The notes under the pieces: generated by a model
What the model was told of the DNA's origin: nothing
Seen by the model: only the letters and a program-made list of their open reading frames with translations
Databases searched by the model: none
Shown here: positions 28,466 through 38,850 of the stretch, piece by piece
How positions within the stretch are numbered: the stretch's first letter is position 1
Layout: every line of letters begins with the position of its first letter
Origin: Desulfatiglandales bacterium
GTDB taxonomy: Bacteria; Desulfobacterota; DSM-4660; Desulfatiglandales; HGW-15
Length of the DNA: 64,000 bases
Assembly (NCBI GenBank): GCA_963667015.2
Contig: CAXXJJ010000004.1
Span: 320,001 to 384,000 of the forward strand
Direction: 5' to 3'
Translations under genes and position numbers: made by a program

Positions 28466-28789
28466 ATGCTGGATGAAATTAAAAAAGGTTTACTTTCAGG
28501 ACTGGGTGCCGTGTTTTTAACAAAAGACAAGATAGAAAGAATAACACGCAGCATGGTTGAGGAAGCCAAGTTAAGCAAAGAAGATGCACAGAACCTCAAA
28601 GAAGATCTGTACAAGACAGGAGAGAAAGAGTGGTCTGATCTTGAAGATTTTTTCTCCGGCATCATAAAGAAAATTATGCAGGGTCTTGACCTTTGCAGCA
28701 GGAAAGATATGGATGAACTCAAAAACAGGGTGGCGGATCTTGAAAAACGTCTTGCTGGCGAAAGTGAACAATTAGAAAAAGAGAACTGA
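28466..28789 (+). CDS. Phasin/PHA-granule-associated family protein
   Basis: KKGLLSGLGAVFLTKDKIE...SRKDMDELKNRVADLE coiled-coil pattern. Confidence 0.75.
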   Translation: MLDEIKKGLLSGLGAVFLTKDKIERITRSMVEEAKLSKEDAQNLKEDLYKTGEKEWSDLEDFFSGIIKKIMQGLDLCSRKDMDELKNRVADLEKRLAGESEQLEKEN

Positions 28790-28791
28790 TA

Positions 28792-30435
28792 GTGCATTTT
28801 AAAACAATCGCAAGGTTAGGGCGATTCAGAGAACTGATCGTCACCCTGTTAAAATATGGTTTTGAGGAAATTGTCCAGCGCCTTGAATTCCCAGGAATAG
28901 AACTCCTTAAAAAAGTCAACAGGGAGGGAAGGAATGCCGGAACCTATGTCCGCATAAGGCATATGCTGGAAGACCTGGGCCCGACCTTTATCAAAATAGG
29001 CCAGATTATGAGCCTCAGGCCGGACCTTTTACCTCCTGACCTCGTTAAGGAACTCAGTAAGCTTCAGGATCAGGCTGCAACAGTTGACTTTAAACTGATT
29101 AAGTCAATTGTTGAAAAGAGCATGGGAAATAAGATAGAGGATCTCTTTTCCGATTTTGATCCTGTGCCGTTTGCTGCAGCATCTTTGTGCCAGGTTCACA
29201 AGGCAGTCTTAAAAAATGAAGGTCTTACAGTTGCAGTAAAGGTTCGCAGGCCGAGCATTAAAAAGAAGATTGAGGTTGATCTTGATATACTTGAGGCAAT
29301 TGCCGAACGTCTTCATGAACGATCCGATGAATTAAAAATTTATGACCTGCCCAACCTGTTAAAGGTAACAAGACGCAACCTGCTAAAAGAGCTGGACTTT
29401 ACCCGCGAAGCCCGGAATATAAAAATAGCCGGGACATATGAGTCTGATGTTTATGTCCCGGAAGTATATATGGACTACTGCTCCGACAGGGTGTTGATCG
29501 CGGAGTTTATCGATGGATTAAAACTTAGTGAAATCGAAGATAATAATGTAGGTGATCCGCATGAAATTGCAAGGCTGGGATTGAACACTGCAATTAAACA
29601 GATCCTTGAGGATGGTTATTTCCACGCTGATCCTCACCCTGGAAATCTTATATATTCAAAGGAAAAGGGATTATGTCTTATTGACTGGGGGATGGTAGGA
29701 AGACTCACCGAAAGAGACCGCTATGACCTGATTGATCTTATCAGGGCAATTGTTCAAAAAGACAGCGGACTTCTCATGGAAAACCTGTTGAGGATAACCA
29801 TAAAAGAAAAAGATGTCGATGACAGGGCTCTTGAGAGAGAGCTTTCTGAAAATCTGGATCTATTCTTTTCAGGACCTATTAAAGACTTAAATATTGGTCA
29901 TTTACTTTTAGCAATCGTTGACATGCTGAGAGAGTATCGCCTGAAATTACCCCCTGATCTAGTTATTATGATAAAGGCACTCGTAACTGCGGAAGGAACA
30001 GCCAGACAGATATATCCCGAGTTAAATGTTGTGTCAGAGGCAGAGGTATATATAACCAGAATAGCCTCTAAGCGATATAAGGCTGAGATGCTCTGGCACG
30101 GATTAAAAAGAGCACTTATTAAACTCATGTCCCTTCAGAAGGATATACCTGCCAGGTTTTTCAGAATAGCAGATAAGATTGAAAGGGACGAGCTGGGGAT
30201 ACGCTTCAGGCATGAAAACCTTGAGAGCCTTAATCATACCCTTGAAAATATCTCAAACCGACTTGCATTCAGTGTAATTATTGCTGCACTTATTATCGGC
30301 TCATCCATGATAATAACCACAGGGATAGGGCCTTTTATTCTTGGCTTCCCGGCACTTGGTATAATAGGCTATTTTGTTTCCAGCATTCTGGGTTTATGGC
30401 TGATTATTATAATTATTCGGACAAAAAAATATTAG
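28792..30435 (+). CDS. ABC1/AarF/UbiB family atypical kinase
   Basis: LGPTFIKIGQ, AAASLCQVH, VAVKVRRP, FHADPHPGN, IDWGMVG; C-terminal TMs. Confidence 0.92.
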   Translation: MHFKTIARLGRFRELIVTLLKYGFEEIVQRLEFPGIELLKKVNREGRNAGTYVRIRHMLEDLGPTFIKIGQIMSLRPDLLPPDLVKELSKLQDQAATVDFKLIKSIVEKSMGNKIEDLFSDFDPVPFAAASLCQVHKAVLKNEGLTVAVKVRRPSIKKKIEVDLDILEAIAERLHERSDELKIYDLPNLLKVTRRNLLKELDFTREARNIKIAGTYESDVYVPEVYMDYCSDRVLIAEFIDGLKLSEIEDNNVGDPHEIARLGLNTAIKQILEDGYFHADPHPGNLIYSKEKGLCLIDWGMVGRLTERDRYDLIDLIRAIVQKDSGLLMENLLRITIKEKDVDDRALERELSENLDLFFSGPIKDLNIGHLLLAIVDMLREYRLKLPPDLVIMIKALVTAEGTARQIYPELNVVSEAEVYITRIASKRYKAEMLWHGLKRALIKLMSLQKDIPARFFRIADKIERDELGIRFRHENLESLNHTLENISNRLAFSVIIAALIIGSSMIITTGIGPFILGFPALGIIGYFVSSILGLWLIIIIIRTKKY

Positions 30436-30484
30436 GAGATTTTTCGGGTATAGGAGGAACATTATTATGCTCCTCCCGGCTATC

Positions 30485-32170
30485 TTATATCCTGAATTGA
30501 TTGACCATTGAATCAAGCTGCTCTGATAAACGGCTCAGTTCTTCTGCACTGATATTAACCTGGGTACTGCCTTTTGACACCTCATCCGACTGTGTGCTTA
30601 CTTGGCCGATTTCTTCGGTTATTGATGAAGCCATTTGAGAACTTCTGTTTATATTTTCATTGACCTCCTGTATTCCCTGGGATGCCTGAGAAATGTTGGA
30701 TGCTATTTCCCTTGTCGAAACAGACTGCTCCTCGACTGCAGAGGCAATGGTGTTTACAATATCATTTATTTCATTAATTATACCTGAAATTTGATTGATT
30801 TCTGATATTGTTGAGCTCGTTGTAGATTGCATACCCTCGATCTGGGACTTTATTTCAAACGTTGCATCTGCTGTTTGTTTTGCAAGCTCTTTTATTTCAT
30901 TGGCAACAACTGCGAACCCTTTTCCTGCCTCTCCCGCCCTTGCAGCTTCAATCGTTGCATTTAAAGCAAGCAGGTTTGTCTGCTCAGATATTTCATTTAT
31001 TGTTTCGGTAACCTTGCTTATTGCCTGGGCAACAATACCGAGTTCATTCATCTTTTCACCGGCATTTTTAGATTGTTCCACGGCGTTTTGTGATATTGTT
31101 CTGCCTTTTTCAGCATTTTGAGCTATTTCATTTATTGTTGAAGTCATCTGTTCTGCCGCAGCCGCAACCATTTCTGTGTTTGTGCTGGATTCTTCCATTG
31201 CCGCAGCAACTGCATTAAGGTTGGAACTCATTTCATTTGAGTTATTCAAAACATTTCCTGCACTTCGAGAGGCATTTTCAGAGTTGGCTGCAATTTGTGA
31301 TGATATTGTTGAGAGTTCAGTAGAGGCGGCAGACAGGTTTCTTGATGATTCCATCAGTTCGTTAATCATATGTGAAAGTCTTGTTTTCATAATATTCAGG
31401 GATTTGGATAAAACTCCAACCTCATCCTCCCTGTCTGATTCGAGAGAAGCTGTAAAATTCCCGCTTGATATTTCCTCCGCAAAATTAACTGCCTGAGTTA
31501 TGGGGCGTGATATACTGTAACTGATAAACACACTTATTAAAAGTCCTAATCCTGCCAGAATTATTCCGGTTATTGTTGCTGTTGCAGACAGTTTTCCGGA
31601 TTTTTCCTGTGTGTTTTTTACAAACAGGTCTGAATCCTTTTTCGCCTCTACCTGAATGGTATCAATAAGATTCTGTAATTTATCAATTGATTCTCTGCTT
31701 TGTTTTATGAGGTTTTCAATTTCTTGATCTGAAGATGACTGATTTAATATATTTAGAAGTTCACCTGATTTAATTTTATAATCCTGGTACAGGTCCTCAA
31801 AGGTTTTGAATACAGGCAAAAGATCATTCCTTCCGGCTATTTTGGCACATTCTTTTACCTGTTCCATTTCAGAAAACACTACCTGCATATCCTTTTCAGC
31901 ATCACTTATCAGATTTTTGTCTCTACTGGAAATAAACTGTTCATTTTTTCGAAGACTCTGGAGGACATGCAAGCTGGCCCCATCCATATGGAAGGCCGCT
32001 TTGATCGGTGATTTTAATGCGAAATCGTACCCCTCCCTGATTGTCATATTGGCGTATTGATATATTCCTGACACTATGGAGAATATAATTATTATGAATA
32101 GGAAACTTCCAATCAGTTTGTATTTTGTTTTCAAATTATTGAATAATCTAAGTAAGTTCCATTTTTTCAT
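30485..32170 (-). CDS. Methyl-accepting chemotaxis protein (2 TM, HAMP)
   Basis: [47 protein letters not shown]. Confidence 0.95.
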   Translation of the reverse strand: MKKWNLLRLFNNLKTKYKLIGSFLFIIIIFSIVSGIYQYANMTIREGYDFALKSPIKAAFHMDGASLHVLQSLRKNEQFISSRDKNLISDAEKDMQVVFSEMEQVKECAKIAGRNDLLPVFKTFEDLYQDYKIKSGELLNILNQSSSDQEIENLIKQSRESIDKLQNLIDTIQVEAKKDSDLFVKNTQEKSGKLSATATITGIILAGLGLLISVFISYSISRPITQAVNFAEEISSGNFTASLESDREDEVGVLSKSLNIMKTRLSHMINELMESSRNLSAASTELSTISSQIAANSENASRSAGNVLNNSNEMSSNLNAVAAAMEESSTNTEMVAAAAEQMTSTINEIAQNAEKGRTISQNAVEQSKNAGEKMNELGIVAQAISKVTETINEISEQTNLLALNATIEAARAGEAGKGFAVVANEIKELAKQTADATFEIKSQIEGMQSTTSSTISEINQISGIINEINDIVNTIASAVEEQSVSTREIASNISQASQGIQEVNENINRSSQMASSITEEIGQVSTQSDEVSKGSTQVNISAEELSRLSEQLDSMVNQFRI

Positions 32171-32231
32171 TAAATTATCCTCCCATGTAAAAGGTTGCTA
32201 TTATGACCTGCCTTATGTCCATAATATAACA

Positions 32232-32247
32232 AGCAAACAATATGCCA
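32232..32247 (-). promoter_or_regulatory. Sigma-54 promoter of the MCP gene
   Basis: Minus strand TGGCATATTGTTTGCT (GG-N10-GC). Confidence 0.7.
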
Positions 32248-32358
32248 TACTAAAGTATAGACCGGTTTTAAAATTTTATGGGAATTTGGCTGATACTTGT
32301 GGTTGTGTTTCGGTAGCCTGTTTAATGGATAGCAGGACAGTATGGGAAGGTTTAGAAA

Positions 32359-32456
32359 AGGGCGTAAGGATCAGCAAGTGAGTGAGTTCGAGAATGAATG
32401 AGAATGATCGAGAACGAGTTTGATATCAGAAAGAATATGAACAGTCCTTACGCCCT
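32359..32456 (-). other. 12-bp inverted repeat closing a 74-nt low-complexity loop; possible terminator or 3'-UTR RNA
   Basis: AGGGCGTAAGGA ... TCCTTACGCCCT, followed on the minus strand by TTTCT. Confidence 0.45.
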
Positions 32457-32494
32457 GGAAGAGCCTGTCATAAAAATGCCAGCCTCTTTTATCT

Positions 32495-35400
32495 TTATTT
32501 TTTTCTCCTTGTGAACATGTTATATACAACCGGAAGTACATACATTGTTAGAAGTCCAGAAACAAATATACCACCTACTGATGCAGCTCCGCACGCCTGT
32601 CTCATTTCAGAACCTATCCCGGAACCGACTGCAAGTGGAAGCATGCCAAGAACTGCTGCAAGCGTAATCATAACGATAGGTCTGAAACGGTCACAAGCTG
32701 CCCTGACCATGGCGGAATGCCTTGGTACTCCTTCGTTGACAAGTACATTGAGTCTGTCCATGATAAGTATTGCATTATTTACAACAATGCCTATAAGCAT
32801 TACGCCGCCCATAAGGGCAAAGAGTTCAACGCTTTTTCCTGCAACAAAGAGTCCGTAAAATACACCTATAAGAGCAAGCGGAACCGTTACAAGAATAATA
32901 AACGGCTGCTTAAAGGATTCCATAATTGCTGCAAGTGTCAGAAAAACAAGTACCATTGCAATCAGGGCTGCTTCTCCTAATTCGGACTGGGCTTCTGACA
33001 TTACCTCGTACATGCCTCCAAATGCAAAACTGTAACCCTGCATCAGTCCGCCTTTTTCATTGAGGGCCTCTGTTGTCATATTTACTGCTGTTCCCAGAGG
33101 AAGATCTTCGTCAAGGTTGGCAAAGAGTTTGGATATCCTGAGTTTGTCCTTCCTGATAATCTGTACCGGTGCAGTTGTTTCTTCAATATATGCCATATTT
33201 TCAAGAAGAACAGGCGCCCCTTTACCGGGGAGAAGTGTGTTTTCAATCTGTTCTTTACCCTCGGTTTCAGCCATTTTTACAACAATATCATAGTTCCTTG
33301 CATTACGTTTGTATGTACCGGCTTCAATGCCTTCAATGTTACCTCTCAACAGGATACCAAGTCCTGTTACAGGGGCTCCGACATCTGCCATTACTTCCCT
33401 GTTAGGCTTGATCCTTATCTCCGGTTTACCTATTCTTACACTGGTATCACGATCGATTACACCATCAAAATCCATTGTAAGTTCTTTTGCCTTAAGGGCA
33501 AGACCGTCAAGAACATTCAGATCCTCTCCTGCTATTTCAAGCTCTATGCCTGAACTTTGACCTCCTGTCATGGTTGGAATGCTAACTGCTATAATAGCAT
33601 CCGGAACATCTGCCAGGCGGTCTCGTATTTCCTTTAACAGGTCATGGATAGATACATCTCTGTCAGTCTTGTCATTGAACTTAAGCAGAACCTGTGCCAG
33701 GTTTACACCTTCGGATGCCTGGCCTATCATACCCTCGACTTTTCCGATAGTTATAAGAACATGCTTAAGGTTGGGGAGATCTTTTAATTTATGAATACTT
33801 TCATCAAGCCGTTCTCTTGTATGATTAAGGCTGTACCATGTAGGGTATTCCATCTTTACAAAAATATCACCTTTGTCAGATTCGCTTACGAATCCGAATC
33901 CCAGCCCTGATGCAACAAACAGTGAGCTGAAGAAAATAAGGGCCACTATAAGTATTACCCCTGTTCCGGCAAATTTGTGCCTTTCAAGGAAAGATAAAGA
34001 TTTGCCGTAACCTGCTATTATTTTATCAAAAAAACTGTTCCATCTCTTTTCCATTTTTGCAAGAGGTGAGTTTGAGTTCGCATCCTTTGGTTTTAACAGA
34101 ATTGAACAGAGCAGGGGAGTAAGTGTAAAGGATATAAAAAGTGAGACAAGTGTCATTATAACCATTGAAAGGGCAAATGATTTAATGAAAACACCAACCA
34201 TGCCTCCCATTATGGCCATTGGAAAAAGTACGACGACATTTGTTCCTGCACTTGCAAGAACCGCTATAAATGTCTCCTTTGCTCCGAGCCGGGCAGATGC
34301 CTTCGGGTCACCGGTCTTGTCCAGCCTTGTAGAAATTGCCTCAAGGACAACTATGGAGTTTGTAACCAACACACCTACTGAAAGACCTATTGAAAGAAGT
34401 GTAAGGGTATTAAAGGTGAATCCCATAAAATATATAAAGAAAAGGCCGATAACAATAGTAAGGGGCATGGTGATGGAAACAACAAGGAGCGCCCTGAAAT
34501 TATAAAGAAACACAAAAAGGATCAGTGCCGTAAGTATTACTCCCTGAACTACATTGGTCCAGGCACTGCTCATAGTTGCACCGATAAATGTACCGTCATC
34601 GGTTACCCATATAAGCTCCATTCCTCCGGGCAGACTCTCACGAATGTTTTCCATGGCGGCCTTTACACCGTTTACAACATTTACTGAGTTTGCATCCGAC
34701 TTTTTAACAACCTTAATGGCAACACACTGTTTTCCGTCAACAACCGACATCTGTCTTAGTTCTTCGGTAGCCATCTCCACATGTCCTACATCCTTGATAT
34801 AACAGCGCTGGCCATCTACGTTTGTGATCTCAAGATAATTGAGGTCTTCTACATTGGTGAAATCCGCATCGTATTTTACGGAATATTCCATGCCGTTGCT
34901 TCTGATTCTGCCTGATGGAATTATTCCTACTCCCTGGCTTATTGCCTGAACAACACTGGGGCTTGTAAGACCTCTTGCCGCCATTTTTTCTCTGTCAAGA
35001 ATGACATGGACTTCCCTTTCCGCCCCGCCTATAAGGGTAACATCGGCGACACCCGAGATAACTGTAATACGGTCACGCAGGGTATTGTCAGCATAGTCAT
35101 ATATCTCATCAATAGGAAGATCCCCTGTTAGCGCCATCTGGACAACAGGTTTGGCATTGATATCATACTTGAGTATTTTAGGGTCTTCGGCGTCCTCCGG
35201 AAAGTCAGCTTTGATCAGGTCAAGTTTTTCGCGGACATCGGTTGCAGCTATGTCAACATCAACATCCAGAGTGAATTCAAGCATTGTCATGGCAACATTT
35301 TCCATACAGGTCGATGTTACATGTTTAAGGCCGTCCAGGGTTACCATCTGATCTTCTATAGGTTTTGCTATGTCCGATTCTATTTCAGACGGACTCGCTC

Positions 35401-35557
35401 CCGGATATACCGTTGTAATGGTTACATAGGGCATGTCAGCCTTTGGCATAAGCTCCAGACCGATTTTTCTGGCAGCATTAAACCCCAGTATTGTAAGAGC
35501 GATGATCAGACATCCCATGGCCACCGGTCTTCTAATGGATGCATCAGAAAGAAACAT
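32495..35557 (-). CDS. RND efflux permease (AcrB/AcrD/AcrF family)
   Basis: 1020 aa; IRRPVA, YPGASPSEIE, GIVVNNAIL, RFRPIVMITLA. Confidence 0.95.
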   Translation of the reverse strand: MFLSDASIRRPVAMGCLIIALTILGFNAARKIGLELMPKADMPYVTITTVYPGASPSEIESDIAKPIEDQMVTLDGLKHVTSTCMENVAMTMLEFTLDVDVDIAATDVREKLDLIKADFPEDAEDPKILKYDINAKPVVQMALTGDLPIDEIYDYADNTLRDRITVISGVADVTLIGGAEREVHVILDREKMAARGLTSPSVVQAISQGVGIIPSGRIRSNGMEYSVKYDADFTNVEDLNYLEITNVDGQRCYIKDVGHVEMATEELRQMSVVDGKQCVAIKVVKKSDANSVNVVNGVKAAMENIRESLPGGMELIWVTDDGTFIGATMSSAWTNVVQGVILTALILFVFLYNFRALLVVSITMPLTIVIGLFFIYFMGFTFNTLTLLSIGLSVGVLVTNSIVVLEAISTRLDKTGDPKASARLGAKETFIAVLASAGTNVVVLFPMAIMGGMVGVFIKSFALSMVIMTLVSLFISFTLTPLLCSILLKPKDANSNSPLAKMEKRWNSFFDKIIAGYGKSLSFLERHKFAGTGVILIVALIFFSSLFVASGLGFGFVSESDKGDIFVKMEYPTWYSLNHTRERLDESIHKLKDLPNLKHVLITIGKVEGMIGQASEGVNLAQVLLKFNDKTDRDVSIHDLLKEIRDRLADVPDAIIAVSIPTMTGGQSSGIELEIAGEDLNVLDGLALKAKELTMDFDGVIDRDTSVRIGKPEIRIKPNREVMADVGAPVTGLGILLRGNIEGIEAGTYKRNARNYDIVVKMAETEGKEQIENTLLPGKGAPVLLENMAYIEETTAPVQIIRKDKLRISKLFANLDEDLPLGTAVNMTTEALNEKGGLMQGYSFAFGGMYEVMSEAQSELGEAALIAMVLVFLTLAAIMESFKQPFIILVTVPLALIGVFYGLFVAGKSVELFALMGGVMLIGIVVNNAILIMDRLNVLVNEGVPRHSAMVRAACDRFRPIVMITLAAVLGMLPLAVGSGIGSEMRQACGAASVGGIFVSGLLTMYVLPVVYNMFTRRKK

Positions 35558-35560
35558 ATA

Positions 35561-36727
35561 TTATTCCTCCCTGAGAATCGTAACGGGTGTCCCATCCGAA
35601 AGACGATCCTGACCCATAGTAACGATGGACATTCCCGGTTTGATATCCTTTGCTGTAATTTCAATCAATCCGTCATTTTCCAGTCCTGTTTCAACAGGTA
35701 TTATTTTTGCCTTGCCGTTTACAGCCGCAAAAATATTTGTTCCGTCCAGTTTTTTGAGGGCAGAAGCACGGGGGATTCCTATACCTGCATGAGAGCTGAG
35801 GATAACTTTTATGCGTGCAATATCACCTGAGGTAACTCCTTCAGGAGGATTTTTTATAAGGGTTTTAATCTCAAAGTTCCTCAGTCTGCTGTCAATTACC
35901 GGACTTTTATAGTCTACCGGCAGTTCTCCCAGGTCTATGGAACCAACTGTTATTTTCATTGTTGTTTCATTGGCGTTAACTTTCTGATAATAGGCTGCGG
36001 GAAGAAAAGCTGAAACCTCAAGAAGTGACAGATCATCTACCTGAACAATGGGTGTGCCCGAGCCAACCATTTCACCAGGTTCTTTTAATCTTTTGCTTAC
36101 ATAACCGCTGATCGGTGAAAGGCCCATAGAGTTTTCATAATCTTTCTGAGCTATAATATGTTTTGCCTGTGCCTGTTCCAGCTGCTTTTCAGAAAGATCA
36201 GCCATTGCTTTTGTCTCATCAAAGGCCGCTTTTGTCTGGATATAACGTGATTCCTGGGATTCCAGGGCATTTTTTGTGACTGCCATGTTATCATTGTAAA
36301 GTCTCTGGTAGCGTTCATAATCAAGTTTTGCCTTGTTATAGTCAGCTTCTACTCTTTTGACTGTTGCAAGCCTTGCCCTGTATGTAAACTCGGCCACGGA
36401 TACGGACTGCCTGGAAATGTCTACAGCCTGCTGTGACTTTACCTTGTCGATCTGGAAAAGTTTTGTTTTTCCTGCGACAACCTGATCACCTTCCCTGACA
36501 AATATATTGTCTATAATTCCGGCAGAGCGGGATGAAACAATGGAATAATTCCTTGTCTCAATGTTTCCTGATGTTTCCACTCTGTCTTCAAAGGTCATCT
36601 GTTTTGCCCTGGTAACTACTACGGATGCCCTGTTTTCTTTTGATTCAGCTTTATCATCAGAAGCGTAGGAGGTACTTCCTGAAATCAGCATTATAAAAAG
36701 TGCAAGATAGACTATTATTTTTTTCAC
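35561..36727 (-). CDS. RND efflux membrane fusion protein
   Basis: FVREGDQV, SPISGYV, VETGLE. Confidence 0.9.
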   Translation of the reverse strand: MKKIIVYLALFIMLISGSTSYASDDKAESKENRASVVVTRAKQMTFEDRVETSGNIETRNYSIVSSRSAGIIDNIFVREGDQVVAGKTKLFQIDKVKSQQAVDISRQSVSVAEFTYRARLATVKRVEADYNKAKLDYERYQRLYNDNMAVTKNALESQESRYIQTKAAFDETKAMADLSEKQLEQAQAKHIIAQKDYENSMGLSPISGYVSKRLKEPGEMVGSGTPIVQVDDLSLLEVSAFLPAAYYQKVNANETTMKITVGSIDLGELPVDYKSPVIDSRLRNFEIKTLIKNPPEGVTSGDIARIKVILSSHAGIGIPRASALKKLDGTNIFAAVNGKAKIIPVETGLENDGLIEITAKDIKPGMSIVTMGQDRLSDGTPVTILREE

Positions 36728-36731
36728 TTTA

Positions 36732-38123
36732 TTATTCCTTTCCTGTTATTCCCATAACATCGGCCATTGTAGCTGCTGCTACCTGGTATCTGTAATCAGC
36801 AACTGCCATACCGGCCTTTGCTGACGTGTAATTACTTGCTGCGTCAAGTTTTTCGGATGATGTAATCATTCCTTCTTTCCACAATGACATTACTTCATTA
36901 TATTTGCTTTCGGCAGAGTCCAGTTGAAGTTTGGATAATTTTCTGTTTGCATCCTCATTATCAAGGGACTGTTTGGCTTTTATTGCTTCAAGTATTATCT
37001 TTATGCATGACTGCTCTCTTTCAAGCATTGCCTGGGCTTTTTCCTGTTTTGCTGCCTTGTATTTATAAATATTGGCAAAGCCGTCAAATATATTCAGGAT
37101 ACCTGATGCCCCATATGAAAAGATATCCCGGTATTTTAAAAATGAATCCCGGTTGCTTGTAAAATCACCCACAAGAAATATTTTAGGCAAAAAAGCCGAT
37201 ATAGCCATTTTCAGAGAATCACCTCTGGCTTCAATCCCCAGATCAGCTGCCATGAGTTCCGGTCGGTTTAGTATGGCCTTGAGAATCATATCTGCGAGGT
37301 CTCCGTCCTCGATAGAAAGAGAAGGGGGGCCGCCAAGGTTGATTTCGGAAAGAGGGTACAATCCCATGGCTTCAAGAAGTTCCGCTTTCGCATATGTTTT
37401 CTGTCTTTTCATTTCAGCAAGGTTGTTCTGCTGCATGGTGTTAAACGCACGTGCCTTTACAAGGTCGCTTTTCAGTATCAAACCCTCTCTGTACATGGCT
37501 TCCATTTCCTTTAAAAGAGCTGCAGCTTGTTCTGCCGCTGATTCTGCGGCCATAAGGCCGGAGTCCAGTGAAAGACATGAAAGGTAAAGGGCTGTAACCT
37601 GAAGCCTGATTCCCTGTTTTACCCGCAGAGTGATAAGCCCCTGGATATCATCTCCTTTTTTATAGGCATTGTACATAAACCACGTTTCAGGATTGAAAAT
37701 CGCAAGCTGGCCTTCGATTACACCAACCCTTGTTTCCTGATCTGACATGGCTATGTAGGAACTTCCTGTATAGTGCATCTGGTATTTATTAGTATCAGTA
37801 AAGGTAGCCTTCGCATCCACTTGAGGCAGGAAATAACTGAAGGCCGTTTTTTTATCCAGCTTGGCAAGACGTCCATCTATTTCTGCAATTTTCACATCGA
37901 GATTATTTTCGAGTGCTATATCTATGCATGACTCAAGATCGTAAACCTTATCCGGCGAAATTAGTTGAGCTGTCCTGCCTTTAATATCCTCATTAAATCT
38001 TGCGGCCTGTTTATTTCTGATAATTGAATAATTCGTTGTGCATCCACTTGTTAAAATCATTAGGGTTAAGGCAAAAATTACCGGATAAAATGCTTTATCA
38101 AACATGTTATTAATGGATTTCAA
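36732..38123 (-). CDS. TolC-family outer-membrane efflux lipoprotein
   Basis: Lipobox LTSGC; ALENNLD, AILNRPEL, FLPK repeats. Confidence 0.9.
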   Translation of the reverse strand: MKSINNMFDKAFYPVIFALTLMILTSGCTTNYSIIRNKQAARFNEDIKGRTAQLISPDKVYDLESCIDIALENNLDVKIAEIDGRLAKLDKKTAFSYFLPQVDAKATFTDTNKYQMHYTGSSYIAMSDQETRVGVIEGQLAIFNPETWFMYNAYKKGDDIQGLITLRVKQGIRLQVTALYLSCLSLDSGLMAAESAAEQAAALLKEMEAMYREGLILKSDLVKARAFNTMQQNNLAEMKRQKTYAKAELLEAMGLYPLSEINLGGPPSLSIEDGDLADMILKAILNRPELMAADLGIEARGDSLKMAISAFLPKIFLVGDFTSNRDSFLKYRDIFSYGASGILNIFDGFANIYKYKAAKQEKAQAMLEREQSCIKIILEAIKAKQSLDNEDANRKLSKLQLDSAESKYNEVMSLWKEGMITSSEKLDAASNYTSAKAGMAVADYRYQVAAATMADVMGITGKE

Positions 38124-38629
38124 TTAATATCCTCCATTGCTATTTCCTTGATCAAATTTAATAATTTTTTATAGACTTCTTTCATGTGATTTCTCTCATC
38201 AGGTGTAAGGCCGCTCATTACCTTAAAAACATCAGAATACCTTTTAGGCAATGCTCTTCTGCAGAATTCAATGCCTTTATCTGTGATTTTTATTAAGGTC
38301 ATCCTTCTGTCGCTTGGATGAGATTCTCTTTTTAAAAATCCCTTTCTCTGGAGGGAATCAAGATTTCCTGTCATGGTTGATCTTGTAAGGTGAACTTCAT
38401 CAGCGAGTTCGGCAGGGGTCAGCTCTTTATCAGTATATGAAAAGAGTATTTCAAGTATCTCCATCTGCTTTATAGGAATATCAAATCGAGAGCCTATAAT
38501 TTCAGTGAACATTTCTATTTCTCTGTGAAGATCCATAAGGGCCATGCCTTCTGTGATTGTTTCCCTCTCTTCACTAGGCCGGTCTCCAAGGGTTTCATTG
38601 ATTATTTTTGCATATTTAGCATACTTCAT
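38120..38629 (-). CDS. MarR family transcriptional regulator
   Basis: LTPAELA..TRSTMTGNLDSLQRKGFLKR..DRRMTLIKITDKG. Confidence 0.92.
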   Translation of the reverse strand: MKYAKYAKIINETLGDRPSEERETITEGMALMDLHREIEMFTEIIGSRFDIPIKQMEILEILFSYTDKELTPAELADEVHLTRSTMTGNLDSLQRKGFLKRESHPSDRRMTLIKITDKGIEFCRRALPKRYSDVFKVMSGLTPDERNHMKEVYKKLLNLIKEIAMEDIN

Positions 38630-38850
38630 GTGATTTACCTTTCAGTTCAAATCGTCTTTAAAAAAAACTGTACGACGATAAATAATTCGACGCAATATAA
38701 TACGATGTCGTACTATATGCAAGTTTTTTTAAGTAAAATTTTAGTAAAAGAAAATATGCTCGATAATTCAATGTTTTAGTTGATATTGGACTTGATAAAT
38801 GAAGAAATCAGAGGGATATTTTAGATGAATATTGATGAATTTATTGAAAG

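Noticed and set aside
38701..38712. TACGATGTCGTA palindrome as a MarR operator
   Set aside because: The position is plausible, but it is too short to support without conservation data.
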